Below, piece after piece: positions 26,121 to 36,500 of a stretch of 64,000 nucleotides of DNA. The DNA is from Gemmatimonadota bacterium (GTDB lineage: Bacteria; Gemmatimonadota; Gemmatimonadetes; Longimicrobiales; RSA9), in assembly GCA_037388885.1 (NCBI GenBank), contig JARRJS010000001.1:10300-74299 (forward strand), written 5' to 3'. A model generated the notes under the pieces. That model was not told the origin of the DNA. It did not search any database and saw nothing but the letters and a program-made list of their open reading frames with translations. Position numbers and translations under genes: made by a program. How positions within the stretch are numbered: the stretch's first letter is position 1; each line of letters starts with the position of its first letter.

Positions 26121-27161
26121 TCAGGGTTCGACGCGGCGCCGGAACCGTTCCGGCAGAGCCGCACCTTCGGGGACGATCGGCATGGCGGCGCTGAGCGTGT
26201 GCCAGAACAGGTGCACGCCCGGTGTGCTCGCCGCGGCGTCCAGGACCGCCGCCGCCGTTTTGGCCGTGTATGTCGGGTCCAGGCCCAGACCGAGCGCCGA
26301 AAACCGTTCCAGCGCCGCGGTGCCCGCGGGCGTAGGGCGGCCGTAGCCGTCGCCCAGGTATCCGCTCCGGAGCTCGATCCCGGCCGCGACGGCATCGGCC
26401 GACGGCAGGTCGTTACCGAGGCCTACGTCGGCGAGGAGCGCCAGCGTCGCGCGCAGCAGCCGGCCGAGTGCCCGGTCATTTGCCACGTAGTCCGGCACGA
26501 TCTTGACGCCCACGACCCGGGTCTCGAGCCTGCCCAGCGCGAAACCGATGGCGAGGCCCGCCGCCGTGCCCAGCGTGCCGGCCGCCACGTGGACGTGGTC
26601 CGGAGGCGGCATCGTCCCTGCCGACACCTGCTCCACCAGCTCCAGGCCCGCGCTCACGTAGCCGAGCGCACCCACCGGGCTGGAACCGCCCGGTGGCACC
26701 GCATAGGGCGAGTCGCCGTGCCGGGCCAACCGTGCAAGTCGGAGGGACGCGGGCAGCATCACCATGTGCGGGCAGTAACGCAGATCGGCGCCCAGCCCGT
26801 GGATCGCATGCAGCACCTCGCGCACGTGCGGCGTCACCTGCTGGGGGTACAACACCGCGGTGATCGGGAAGCCGGCGCGCGTGCCGTACACCGTCGTGGC
26901 CAGCACGTGGTGGGATCCGAAGCCGCCACCCGTGATCAGGCGCCCGGCGCCACGGCGCCGGGCATCGGCCAGCAGGAACTCCAGCTTGCGCAGCTTGTTG
27001 CCGCCGTATGTCGGACCCGTGAGGTCGTCCCGCTTCACCCAGAGGTCGGCCGGCAGGGCCTGCACGCGCTCAACGGGGGTGACACCGGAACCGAGGCGGA
27101 GCCAGGGCAACCGCTCGGCCAGCGTGGGGAAGCGTCGGAACAGCGCCGTCGTGTCCGCCAT
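26121..27161 (-). CDS. PLP-dependent ACC deaminase / D-cysteine desulfhydrase family protein
   Basis: KRDDLTGPTYGGNKLRKLEFLLADA carries the PLP-lysine motif of this family. Confidence 0.8.
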   Translation of the reverse strand: MADTTALFRRFPTLAERLPWLRLGSGVTPVERVQALPADLWVKRDDLTGPTYGGNKLRKLEFLLADARRRGAGRLITGGGFGSHHVLATTVYGTRAGFPITAVLYPQQVTPHVREVLHAIHGLGADLRYCPHMVMLPASLRLARLARHGDSPYAVPPGGSSPVGALGYVSAGLELVEQVSAGTMPPPDHVHVAAGTLGTAAGLAIGFALGRLETRVVGVKIVPDYVANDRALGRLLRATLALLADVGLGNDLPSADAVAAGIELRSGYLGDGYGRPTPAGTAALERFSALGLGLDPTYTAKTAAAVLDAAASTPGVHLFWHTLSAAMPIVPEGAALPERFRRRVEP

Positions 27162-27298
27162 GCCGTCGAAGCTACCGCCGGACGCCGGACCCGGAAAGCG
27201 GCCCGTCCTGGCAGGCCCATCGGACGGCCTGTATCATGCGTGGCCTGACGGTCGTCCTCACCCCGTCGCCCAGCACTGAAACAAGCGGACCAGGATCC

Positions 27299-28663
27299 AT
27301 GAGCCCTGCGAGCCAGCATCAGAGCACGTTTCAGCGCATGCGCGCCCTGCTCGCCGGCAACGTGCTGTGGCTCAGCGTCGTGTCGCTGCTGAACGACACG
27401 GCCAGCGAGATGATCTATCCGTTGCTCCCCCTCTTCTTGACCTCCACGCTGGGCGCGGGTGCGGCCTTCCTGGGCCTCATTGAAGGCATCGCGGAGACGA
27501 CGTCCAGCTTCGTCAAGCTGGCCGGCGGTTGGGTTTCCGACCGCGTGCACCGACGCAAGCTGCTCATCGGCTGGGGCTACGGCGTCGCGGTCGTGGTACG
27601 GCCCCTCATCGCCCTCGCCACGGCACCCTGGCACGTGCTCGTCATCCGCTTCGGCGACCGCGTCGGCAAAGGCATCCGCACGGCGCCCCGCGACGCGCTC
27701 CTGGCCGGGTCCGCCGATGCACGACAGCGCGGTTCCGCCTTCGGCCTGCACCGCGCGGCGGATCATCTGGGCGCCGTCCTCGGGCCTCTCCTTGCCACCG
27801 GCCTGCTGTTCCTATGGCACGGCCAGCTTCGCCTCATCTTCGCCCTGGCCGCCGTCCCGGGGGCGGCGGTCCTGCTGGTTGTTCTTCTGAAAGTGAAAGA
27901 GGTGGTTGCCGGGCAGCGGGACAGGGCACCCGATATTGAAGGGCAGAGGGGGAACCAGGGCGACGGGGAGAGGGCGCACGGCGGGGACGCGGCAGCCCCT
28001 GGACCGAGCGTCGGTCGCCGGTCGTCGGTCTTGGGTCAAGAGGGCGCGGCCCCGTCGACGGAACCCGGCTTCAAGGACCTCGGCAAGGGTTTTGTGGCAC
28101 TCCTCGTCGTCGTGGGTCTGTTCACGCTGGGCAACGCCTCGGACGCATTCCTGCTGCTGCGGGCCGGGCAGCTGGGGGTCGCCACCGTCTGGATCCCGAC
28201 GCTGTGGGGCGTCCACCATGTGAGCAAGTCCGTCTGGAACGTCGTGGGCGGATCCTTGTCGGACAGGTTCGGCGCCACACCATCCATCATCGCCGGCTGG
28301 CTGGTCTACACGCTGACGTATGTCGGCTTCGCGTTCGCCGGTGCGGACTGGCAGGTGTGGGCATTGTTCGTGGTCTACGGCCTCTTCTATGGCCTGACGG
28401 AGGCGCCGGAGAAGGCGCTCGTTTCCCGGCTGGCGCCGCCGCTGCTGCGCGCCCGCGCATTCGGCGCGTACCACTTCGCCATCGGCTTGACGGCGCTTCC
28501 CGCCAGCGTCCTGTTCGGCGTCCTCTGGCAGACGTTCAGCCCCGAAGTGGCGTTCCTGTTCGGCGGCGGTCTGGCTCTGCTGGCGGCCGTGCTGCTGCCG
28601 TCCGCCGTCCGCCGAGCCCGGCTTGACGCGGCCGCGGCTGCCGGCGCAGCTTCCGGCGCATGA
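27299..28663 (+). CDS. MFS transporter with an expanded central cytoplasmic loop
   Basis: Two bundles of roughly six hydrophobic helices. GDRVGKGIRTAPRDAL is an MFS loop motif. The roughly 85-aa central loop carries the dispersed repeat. Confidence 0.8.
   Translation: MSPASQHQSTFQRMRALLAGNVLWLSVVSLLNDTASEMIYPLLPLFLTSTLGAGAAFLGLIEGIAETTSSFVKLAGGWVSDRVHRRKLLIGWGYGVAVVVRPLIALATAPWHVLVIRFGDRVGKGIRTAPRDALLAGSADARQRGSAFGLHRAADHLGAVLGPLLATGLLFLWHGQLRLIFALAAVPGAAVLLVVLLKVKEVVAGQRDRAPDIEGQRGNQGDGERAHGGDAAAPGPSVGRRSSVLGQEGAAPSTEPGFKDLGKGFVALLVVVGLFTLGNASDAFLLLRAGQLGVATVWIPTLWGVHHVSKSVWNVVGGSLSDRFGATPSIIAGWLVYTLTYVGFAFAGADWQVWALFVVYGLFYGLTEAPEKALVSRLAPPLLRARAFGAYHFAIGLTALPASVLFGVLWQTFSPEVAFLFGGGLALLAAVLLPSAVRRARLDAAAAAGAASGA
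27918..28033. repeat. Dispersed repeat copy C (core 1-like G-tract octamers plus core 3 GGTCGNC heptamers), inside the MFS ORF
   Basis: gggacagggcacc...gggcagagggggaaccagggcgacggggagagggcgcacggcgggg, then ggtcgcc ggtcgtc ggtc ttg at 28013-28033. Confidence 0.75.
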
Positions 28664-29418
28664 ACAAACCGGACATCCTCGCCGAGAACGTCGTCGTCGT
28701 CCTGAACGAGCCGCAGGACCTGGTCAACGTGGCCGGGTCCGCTCGAGCCATGATGAACATGGGGCTGCGGCGACTGCGCCTGGTGCAGCCTGTCGAATAC
28801 GACGAGCGGCGCATCACCGGCATCGCCCACGGCGCGGAAATCATCCTGGACCGCATCGAGTTCCCGGAGACGCTGGACGCCGCGCTCGCAGACGCCGTCC
28901 ACGTGGTAGGCACGACCGCGCGGCGCCGGGCGGATCGCCACGTGTGGGAGCACCCGCGCGAGGCTGCGCCGGACCTGGTTCGGCGCGCGGTCGATGATCG
29001 TGGCCCCGTCGCGCTGGTGTTCGGCCGCGAGGACGTGGGACTGACCAACGAGCAGCTCGACCGCTGCGATCGCATCCTGACCGTGCCCACGGACCGGCGC
29101 CGGCCCTCGCTGAACCTGGCCCAGGCTGTCCTGCTCATCGCCTATGAGCTGCGCCTGGCCGGACCCGGCTCCGACGTACAGCTGCCCCGGCCCCGGCGCG
29201 ATGCACTGCCCGCCGCCAGCGAGCAGTTCCAGCGCCTCTTCGAAGACATGAACCGCGCCCTCGAGCGCATCGACTTCTACAGTCCCCGCAACCCCGACAT
29301 CATCCTGCGGACGTTCCGCGCCATCTACCGCCGCGCCGACCTGGATGTGCGGGAGGCGAACCTGGTGCGGTCCATGTTCATCGAGTTCCGGAAGTACATT
29401 GAGAGGCTGAGTTCCTGA
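28660..29418 (+). CDS. SpoU/TrmH-family RNA 2'-O-methyltransferase (TrmJ-like)
   Basis: LVFGREDVGLTNEQLDRCD, ILTVPT and SLNLAQAVLLIAYEL. The ATGA overlap with the MFS stop suggests translational coupling. Confidence 0.8.
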   Translation: MNKPDILAENVVVVLNEPQDLVNVAGSARAMMNMGLRRLRLVQPVEYDERRITGIAHGAEIILDRIEFPETLDAALADAVHVVGTTARRRADRHVWEHPREAAPDLVRRAVDDRGPVALVFGREDVGLTNEQLDRCDRILTVPTDRRRPSLNLAQAVLLIAYELRLAGPGSDVQLPRPRRDALPAASEQFQRLFEDMNRALERIDFYSPRNPDIILRTFRAIYRRADLDVREANLVRSMFIEFRKYIERLSS

Positions 29419-29471
29419 GGCTGGCCGGGTTCTGGGTGGCGCGGCCGGTGGGCAGATCCTGGACGCCGACT

Positions 29472-29605
29472 GGGGGACAGGGAGACGCGGCCAGACCCCG
29501 GGAACCCCGGCGGCCACCGATCGTCGATCACGCTCCCGCCGCGAACCTCATCCCGCACCGCCGACCCGGCGAAGCCTGGAAACCACACGGCGGTCGTCGG
29601 TCGTG
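29472..29605. repeat. Dispersed repeat copy D (core 1, core 2, core 3 in order), intergenic between convergent genes
   Basis: gggggaca gggagacg (29472-29487), accgatc gtcgatc (29516-29529), ggtcgtc ggtcgtg (29592-29605). Confidence 0.8.
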
Positions 29606-29622
29606 TGCCGGCTCCGCCGGCT

Positions 29623-30924
29623 TCAATCGGCGGCCGGCCCCTCCACCTCCACGGCCTTCCCCATCAACTCGATCTCCGATGCCGGCTGCCAGATCTGGAT
29701 CACCGGGAAGGTCTTCTTGAACCAGCCCAGCGCGGCCATGACGATCCCGAGGTAGCCGAGTGCAATGCCCACCTCCGGGAAGCCCAGCGGGATGCTCTCG
29801 GCGTGGGGGTAGAGGGACGGGTAGACCAGGATGAAACGCTCGATCCACAGACCCATGAGCACCACCGCAGCCATGAACCCGGCGATGTTGGGCGTCTTCT
29901 TCGCCTTCACCCCCAGGAGGCTGAAGAACGGCACGATAAAGAGGGCGAACAGCACGAACTGCGTCAGGCCCCGGTACGGCTTGCCGAGCCGGATCACCAG
30001 GAAGATCTGCTCGTGCGGCATCTTCCCGTACCATTGCACCATGTACTGCGCCCAGAACAGGTACGCCCAGAAGATGCAGAACGCGAACAGCAGCTTGCCC
30101 ATGTCGTGGAGCGTGGAGCCTTCCACGTACTGATCCAGATCGAGGCAGCGCCGACAGACCAGGGTCACCACGAACGTCGCCGCGATACCGCCCAGGAAAC
30201 CGCCCATGAAGAAGTACGGCCCGAACAGCGTGCTCACCCAGTGAGGCTGCTGCAACGACATGATGAAGTCGAACGAAACGAAGCTGAACGCGAACGCGTA
30301 CAGCAACGCCATCACCGGCGAGAGCACGCTCAGCCGCTTGTGCGCCAGCGTTTCCTCCTCGAGCTGCCCGCGCCAGCCACGGGTCAGGCGGCCATACAGG
30401 CGGCCCAGTCGTGGCGGCAGATCGCTCTCCAGGTGCAGGTCCGGCCGCAGCGCCCAATACGCGAACCAGAGCGAGACCAACAGCAGAGCACCCAGGAAGA
30501 ACACGTTCCGGAGGACCAGGAACCACATGTTCAGATAGAACCCGGTGTTGCCCGTCGGGTGATGCTGCCACCAGGGGAACAGGTGGGCGGGCGCCCAGAT
30601 GAGCAGCGGCGGGAACAGAATGATGTACGCGATAGGCAGGAACGCGACGAAAGACAACCCGAATCGCCGCACCGGCCGCGACCACAACCCGCGCGTGATG
30701 GTCACGACGGCGCCCAGCAGGACGGCCGCCTGAGCCACCACTGCGAAGAACAACCAGTTGAACGTGTAAGCGCGCCACGCCCGGTCCGCGTCCGTCAATA
30801 GCGCGGCGATCATCGTCGCCACGCCGACGGCGATGAACACACCCGACGCCAGGGCCAGCCGCCGCGGGAAGCGGTCCAGGCGCCGCACGGGGTAGCGAGG
30901 CAGCTCGCTGATGAGAGGCGACAT
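29623..30924 (-). CDS. actF: Alternative Complex III subunit ActF (NrfD-like integral membrane subunit)
   Basis: 433 aa polytopic membrane protein, paralogous by eye to ActC. It is the last gene of the act operon. Confidence 0.75.
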   Translation of the reverse strand: MSPLISELPRYPVRRLDRFPRRLALASGVFIAVGVATMIAALLTDADRAWRAYTFNWLFFAVVAQAAVLLGAVVTITRGLWSRPVRRFGLSFVAFLPIAYIILFPPLLIWAPAHLFPWWQHHPTGNTGFYLNMWFLVLRNVFFLGALLLVSLWFAYWALRPDLHLESDLPPRLGRLYGRLTRGWRGQLEEETLAHKRLSVLSPVMALLYAFAFSFVSFDFIMSLQQPHWVSTLFGPYFFMGGFLGGIAATFVVTLVCRRCLDLDQYVEGSTLHDMGKLLFAFCIFWAYLFWAQYMVQWYGKMPHEQIFLVIRLGKPYRGLTQFVLFALFIVPFFSLLGVKAKKTPNIAGFMAAVVLMGLWIERFILVYPSLYPHAESIPLGFPEVGIALGYLGIVMAALGWFKKTFPVIQIWQPASEIELMGKAVEVEGPAAD

Positions 30925-30926
30925 GG

Positions 30927-31571
30927 CTACTTCCCCGCCTGTTGCTGTTGTTTCTGTTGCTCCTGCTTCTGCAGATGGCGCACGTACTTGACCACCGCCC
31001 AGCGAAGGTGCGTGGGGACCCGGTCGTAGGACGGCATCAGGCCACGGCCCGCGGTCGCCACCGCGAAGATGTAACCGTCGGTCCGACCGACGGCGTCCTG
31101 CCCCGTCAGATCAGCCGCAAACGGCAACTTGCCCTGCCCGATGATGGGCCCGTCTCCCTTGCCATCGTAGCCGTGGCACACGAAGCAGTACGTGTCGAAC
31201 ACCTGCTTGCCCATGGCGATGGTCGCGGAATCCATGGGAAGCGGGTTCCTGGCCGTGTCCCCGAACGCCTGCAACGAGTCCTCGACAGGCGCGATGGGCC
31301 GCATGTACGGATCGCCCGTGCCCGTGATGTACGGCACCGAGTGGGGCGGCACGGGCCGTACGTGCTCGTAAGGATTGAACGCCGGCGACCACCTCATGAA
31401 GTCCAGGAACGACACCTGCGACATCGCCTTCTCGAGAGCCGTGCACCCACCCAGCAACGGCACCATCACGGCCAGCACTACCAGACGAGCCAGCCAAGCT
31501 CCCCACCACCCACGCCCGGCCACGCGCCCGAACCTGCCCGCGCCCACGCCCCCGCCTGCCTTTCTAGCCAT
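30927..31571 (-). CDS. actE: Alternative Complex III subunit ActE (monohaem cytochrome c lipoprotein)
   Basis: One CxxCH motif (CFVCHGYDGKGDG). Lipobox LLGGC. The ATG at 31571 overlaps the actD stop by 8 nt. The track ORF extends to 31610. Confidence 0.8.
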   Translation of the reverse strand: MARKAGGGVGAGRFGRVAGRGWWGAWLARLVVLAVMVPLLGGCTALEKAMSQVSFLDFMRWSPAFNPYEHVRPVPPHSVPYITGTGDPYMRPIAPVEDSLQAFGDTARNPLPMDSATIAMGKQVFDTYCFVCHGYDGKGDGPIIGQGKLPFAADLTGQDAVGRTDGYIFAVATAGRGLMPSYDRVPTHLRWAVVKYVRHLQKQEQQKQQQQAGK

Positions 31572-32088
31572 GGCTCTCCTCCCCGGGCGCTTCCTGGACT
31601 TCCTCGGCACCGTTCTTCTCGAGGATCCGACGGGCCTCCGCTTCCCGCCCCGTCGGCGGCATGGCCAACACGCCGAAACGATTCGCCGAGAACGACGGAT
31701 CGTAGATCACATCGGGTATGTCCCTGCCCAAACGGGCGTTGATGATGATGCCGAGCAGCGTCGACAGTGCCCCGAAAAGGATGGTCAGCTCGAACGCGAT
31801 CACCACGAAGGGCGGCATGGAAACGATGGGCTTGCCGCCGGCGATGAGTGGCCAGTTGAGCGATGTCCAGGTCGTCAGGGCGAACCCGGTCGCGGTGCCC
31901 GTGAGCCCGCCCACCAGCGTGAACAACCGGACCGGGCTCTCGTGCACGTGCAGCGCGTGCTCCAGGTCATGTTGCGGAAACGGCGTGAACACCTCGATGT
32001 CCTTGAGCCCCGCTTTCCGCAACCCCTCGATGGCCTGCACGGCCGCGTCCACCTCGGCGAACACGCCGAGCACCTGTGGGCCCATCAT
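31564..32088 (-). CDS. actD: Alternative Complex III subunit ActD (DUF3341-type membrane protein)
   Basis: 174 aa starting MMGPQVLGVFAEVDAAVQAIEGLRKAG, followed by two TM helices. Its position between actC and actE fits. ATGA overlap with actC. Confidence 0.75.
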   Translation of the reverse strand: MMGPQVLGVFAEVDAAVQAIEGLRKAGLKDIEVFTPFPQHDLEHALHVHESPVRLFTLVGGLTGTATGFALTTWTSLNWPLIAGGKPIVSMPPFVVIAFELTILFGALSTLLGIIINARLGRDIPDVIYDPSFSANRFGVLAMPPTGREAEARRILEKNGAEEVQEAPGEESHG

Positions 32089-33512
32089 CGGTCCGCCTCC
32101 GTCTCAGGGCCTTCCGCCGGAAGCGTTCGATCTGCCCTGCCCGTCCCGGCCACCGGTCTCTTGCGGGACCGCAAGGGCGCGGGCAGCACTTCCTTCAGTT
32201 CCGCCACCGCCACCGGCGGAAGCACCCGCAGGAAGATCAGGAAGAACATCAGGAACCAGCCGAAGCTGCCGGCGAGGATGCCCATCTCCACCCAGGACGG
32301 CTTGTAGGTGCCCCACTGCCACGGCTCGAATTCCTTCGACAGGCTCGTCACGATGATCACGAACCGTTCGAACCACATACCGATGTTCACGAAGATCGAC
32401 ATGACGAACAGCGTCGCCACACTTCGCCGCACCTTCTTGAACCACAGCGCCTGCGGCACCAGCACGTTGCATGTCAGCATGATCGCCGTCGCCCACCAGT
32501 ACTGCGTGTGGATGGCGCCCATCACGTAGTTGCCTTCCATCTCCGGCGGAGCGCCCGAGTACCACGCCATGAACACCTCGGACGCATACGAGTAGCTCAC
32601 GATGAGCGACGTCAGCAGCATGAGCTTCGCCATGGCATCGAAGTGCCGCGGCGTCAGGTACGCCTCCAGGTGGAACACCCGGCGCACGGGCACCATGAGC
32701 GTGATCACCATGGCCACGCCGCTGAAGATCGCGCCGGCCACGAAGTAGGGCGCGAAGATCGTGGAGTGCCAACCGGGCACCAGTGCCATGGCGAAGTCCC
32801 AGGACACGACGGAGTGCACCGACAACACCAGCGGGGTGGCCAGGGCTGCCAGGTAGAGGTACCCGCGGGTGAAGTGCTTCCACTGGTTCCCCGTGCCGCG
32901 CCAGCCCACGGCGAGGAGCGTATACAGCCGCTTGCGCCAGCGGACCGTCGTCGCGTCGCGCGCCGCCGCGATGTCCGGGATCAGGCCCGTGTAAAAGAAC
33001 AGCGCGCTCACCGTCAGGTACGTGCTGATGGCGAACACGTCCCAGACCAGCGGCGAGCGGAAATCCGGCCAGATCCACCGCTGGTTCGGGTAGGGGATCA
33101 GCCAGTAGAACAGCCAGGGCCGGCCCAGGTGAATGATCGGGAACAGGCCCGCAGTGGCCACTGCGAACACGGTCATGGCCTCCGCCGCCCGGTAGATCGA
33201 CTGCCGCCAGCGGGCCCGGAACAGGTACAGGATCGCCGAGATGAGCGTGCCGGAATGCGCGATGCCGACCCAGAAGACGAACGTCGTGATGTAGACGCCC
33301 CACCCGATGGGGTTGCGCAGCGCCGACATCCCGATGCCCTCGTAGACCTGCAGGGCGAAGCAGAAGAACAGCAGGCCGACCAGCAGGAGCACGAAGGCCA
33401 GGAATGCCAGGTAGCTGCGCCCCGGCTTGCTCAGCATCTTCAGGATGTCGCGATTGACGTCCGAATACTGGGCGATGTCCGGGTGCGTTTCCGACCGCAG
33501 GACCGTGGCCAT
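32085..33512 (-). CDS. actC: Alternative Complex III subunit ActC (NrfD/PsrC-family quinol-interacting membrane subunit)
   Basis: 475 aa polytopic protein with NrfD-like helix pattern, immediately after actB. Confidence 0.8.
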   Translation of the reverse strand: MATVLRSETHPDIAQYSDVNRDILKMLSKPGRSYLAFLAFVLLLVGLLFFCFALQVYEGIGMSALRNPIGWGVYITTFVFWVGIAHSGTLISAILYLFRARWRQSIYRAAEAMTVFAVATAGLFPIIHLGRPWLFYWLIPYPNQRWIWPDFRSPLVWDVFAISTYLTVSALFFYTGLIPDIAAARDATTVRWRKRLYTLLAVGWRGTGNQWKHFTRGYLYLAALATPLVLSVHSVVSWDFAMALVPGWHSTIFAPYFVAGAIFSGVAMVITLMVPVRRVFHLEAYLTPRHFDAMAKLMLLTSLIVSYSYASEVFMAWYSGAPPEMEGNYVMGAIHTQYWWATAIMLTCNVLVPQALWFKKVRRSVATLFVMSIFVNIGMWFERFVIIVTSLSKEFEPWQWGTYKPSWVEMGILAGSFGWFLMFFLIFLRVLPPVAVAELKEVLPAPLRSRKRPVAGTGRADRTLPAEGPETEADR

Positions 33513-33513
33513 G

Positions 33514-36500
33514 CTAGACCTCCGCCTCGTCCGCCACGACGCGTTTCAGGTACGTGATCGCGGACTGGGTGTTGAGTTCGTCGAGAACGCGATACCCGCG
33601 GCCTGAAGCCGCGACCTGGGCGACCCTGGAGTTCGGGTCCTTGATGTTGCCGAACGCGATCGCCTGCCCGGGACAGGTCTGGGCGCAGGCCGGCACGATC
33701 TCGCCGTCCCGCACCGGCCGACTCGCCAGCCGCGCCTTGTGCTCCCGGTCCCGGATCCGCTGCACGCAGAACGTGCACTTCTCCATGATGCCCTTCTCAC
33801 GGACCGTGACGTCCGGATTCAGCTGCCAGTTCAACGGTTCCGGCCAGTCGTAGGTGAACCAGTTGAAATATCGCACCTTGTACGGGCAGTTGTTGGCGCA
33901 GTATCGGGTGCCGACACAACGGTTGTAGACCTGGGCATTGAGCCCGTCCGGTGTATGGTACGCCGCGTACACCGGGCAGACCGGCTCGCACGGCGCGTTG
34001 CCGCACTGCTGGCACAGCATGGGCAGGAACGTCGTGCCCTTGTAGGGGCCTTCCCCGCCGGTCTGACCGCCCGTCTCGCCCACCTGGAAGTAACGCTCGA
34101 TGCGCATCCACTGGATGTTGCGTCGGTCCTTGATCAACTTCGGCCCGACCACGGCGATGTTGTTCTCCGCCTGGCACGCCGTCACACACGCGCTGCAGCC
34201 GATGCAACGCTCCATATCGATGGCCATGGCCCAGCGCGGCTGCAGCTCCGTATACTCGCCGTAATGCGTGCCCGGGGGCGGGTACGCCTGCGGACCGGCA
34301 TCCACGTCCGTGGGCTGGAAGCCGCCGTCCGTCTGCAGCGTGCGCACCTTCTGCTTCAGCGGATGCGTCTCTTCCGCTTCCCCGCCGGGAGCGGGCACCT
34401 GCTGGGGTCCCGTGCCCTCGGCGCGCTTCACGGCCTGGGTCGCCGTACCGGCGATAGCCGCCACCAGGTCCCGTACGGGCTCGGCTTGGCGCGCTTCCTC
34501 CAGCTGCAGCGTCTCCACCACCTGTTCGCGGTCCGTCGTCGTATAGCGGTCCGTCAGGATCGCCAGCCGCTCCCAGCGGCCCTGCGACCGAAGCGTCGCT
34601 TTCGTCTGCTGCCACACCGGCCCGCCGGAATGTGGATCCACTTTCGGCTCGAGCAGCCGGGCCGCGTTGACTCCGCGGTTCTTGGCGTAGCGGCCCATGT
34701 TCTCATGACCCTGGCCGAGCTGGATCGCGATGACATCGCGCCGCATGCCCGGGTGCCTCCAGACCGGCAGCTCCACCGTGCCGCTCTGCGTTTCGACCTG
34801 CACGACCGTGCCGTTGTACAGGCCCATCTCGTCCGCAACCGACGGATGCACCTCGACCCACGACTGCCAGGTGATCTTGCTCACCGGGTCCGGCAGCTCC
34901 TGGAGCCACATGCGGTTGCCCATCCGGCCGTCGTAGAACCGATACGACGGGTACGCGATCAGGTAGAATTCCGCATCGGCCGGGCCGCCGAACGTCGCCG
35001 CCGACGCCAGATTGAGGTTGCCCAGCACTGTGGCCCGCAACGCGGGCGGACGTTGCGACGGCGCTTCCTCCACCACCACGCCTGCCTCCAGCGACTGGAT
35101 CCACCAGTCCTCGAAATGAGTGCCCTGGTGGTCCACCCGGGGCTGGATCCCGGTCCGCCAGCGTGCCCGCAGGTAGTCGTAAAAGCTGTTGGCCTGCGTG
35201 TGCAGGGACTTGCCCGCCCGCTTCGCCATGGACAGCAAGACATCACCCGTCTGCTTGGTGTCGAACACGGGCGTCATCACGGGTTGGACCAGCGAGTGCA
35301 CGCCAGAGCGCGGCTCGTGATCACCCCATCGCTCGAGGAAGTGATTTTCCGGCAGCAGCACGTCCGCCAGCGCGGCCGTCTCGTCCAGGAAGGTAGCGAA
35401 CGATGCGACGAAATCCACCGAGCCCAGCACCTGCGCCACGTCGTCTCCGCCGGGCACGCTGTACAGCGGGTTCGCCCCGTAGAACAGCACCGAGGAGATC
35501 TCGGAATTCCTGATCTGCTGGAGCAGATTCCGCCAATCTTCGTAGCTGCTGGCGGGCACACCCTGCTCACGCCGCTCGAAATGCACCGTCCTACCGACGT
35601 TGCCCGCCACGTGGTTCAGCAGCGCCACGGCAACGGCCACTTCCGTGGCCGCACCATGGGACGACGACACGCCGGGACCCACGGCCAGCGAGCGCCCGCC
35701 GCGGTCGAAAAGCTCGGCGACATCACGGATTCGTTGCGCATCGATGCCGGCCGCCTCGGCGGCGGCGTCCACGTCCACGTCCTCCAGCAGGCGGGCTACG
35801 GCGCCGCTCCGGCCCGTGGCATCCACGACGGCTCTGGCCATCGCCAGCGCCACGAGGTGCTCCGTGCCCGGCACCACGGGTAGCCAGTCGTCTGCGTTGA
35901 GATCCGTGAGCGACTGGTGCGGCGTGACGGCGATGAAGCGGCCGCGGCGGCCGGCGTTGAACGCGTGCGCCTGTACGTAGCCGTGGGCGTAGTCGACGGG
36001 CGAAAGCCATGTCTCCATGAAATCGGCGCCGAAGGAAACCACCACCTCCGCCGGTTCGAAGTCGTGCACGGGTATGTCATTTACGCCGTACAGCATGCGG
36101 CTGGCAGCGCGCAGCGGCTCGAACGCGAACGCCTCGAAGCGCAGCCGCTCCACACCCATGGCCTGACACCAGTCGTCCAGCAGCCGATCCATGGTCCCGG
36201 TGACGCCGCCCGTCACGAATACGGCCGGACCCTTGGCCAACGCGCTCACCACGCGCTGCTCCGCATCGTCCCAGGTGAGCTTCGCCCAGTGGTCGCCGTC
36301 GCGGGCCAGCGCCTGCGGAATCCGGTCCGGGTCGTACAGACCGTTCATGGACGCCTGGCCGCGAGCGCACAGCTTGCCATGCGAGATCGGCGACAACGGG
36401 TTGCCCTCGGCCTTCAGCGCCCGGCCCTCTCGGGTGCGGACCTCCATGCCGCAGCCGGCCGGGCACTCGCGACACGTGGTACGGTACCACGTAGCGTTGC

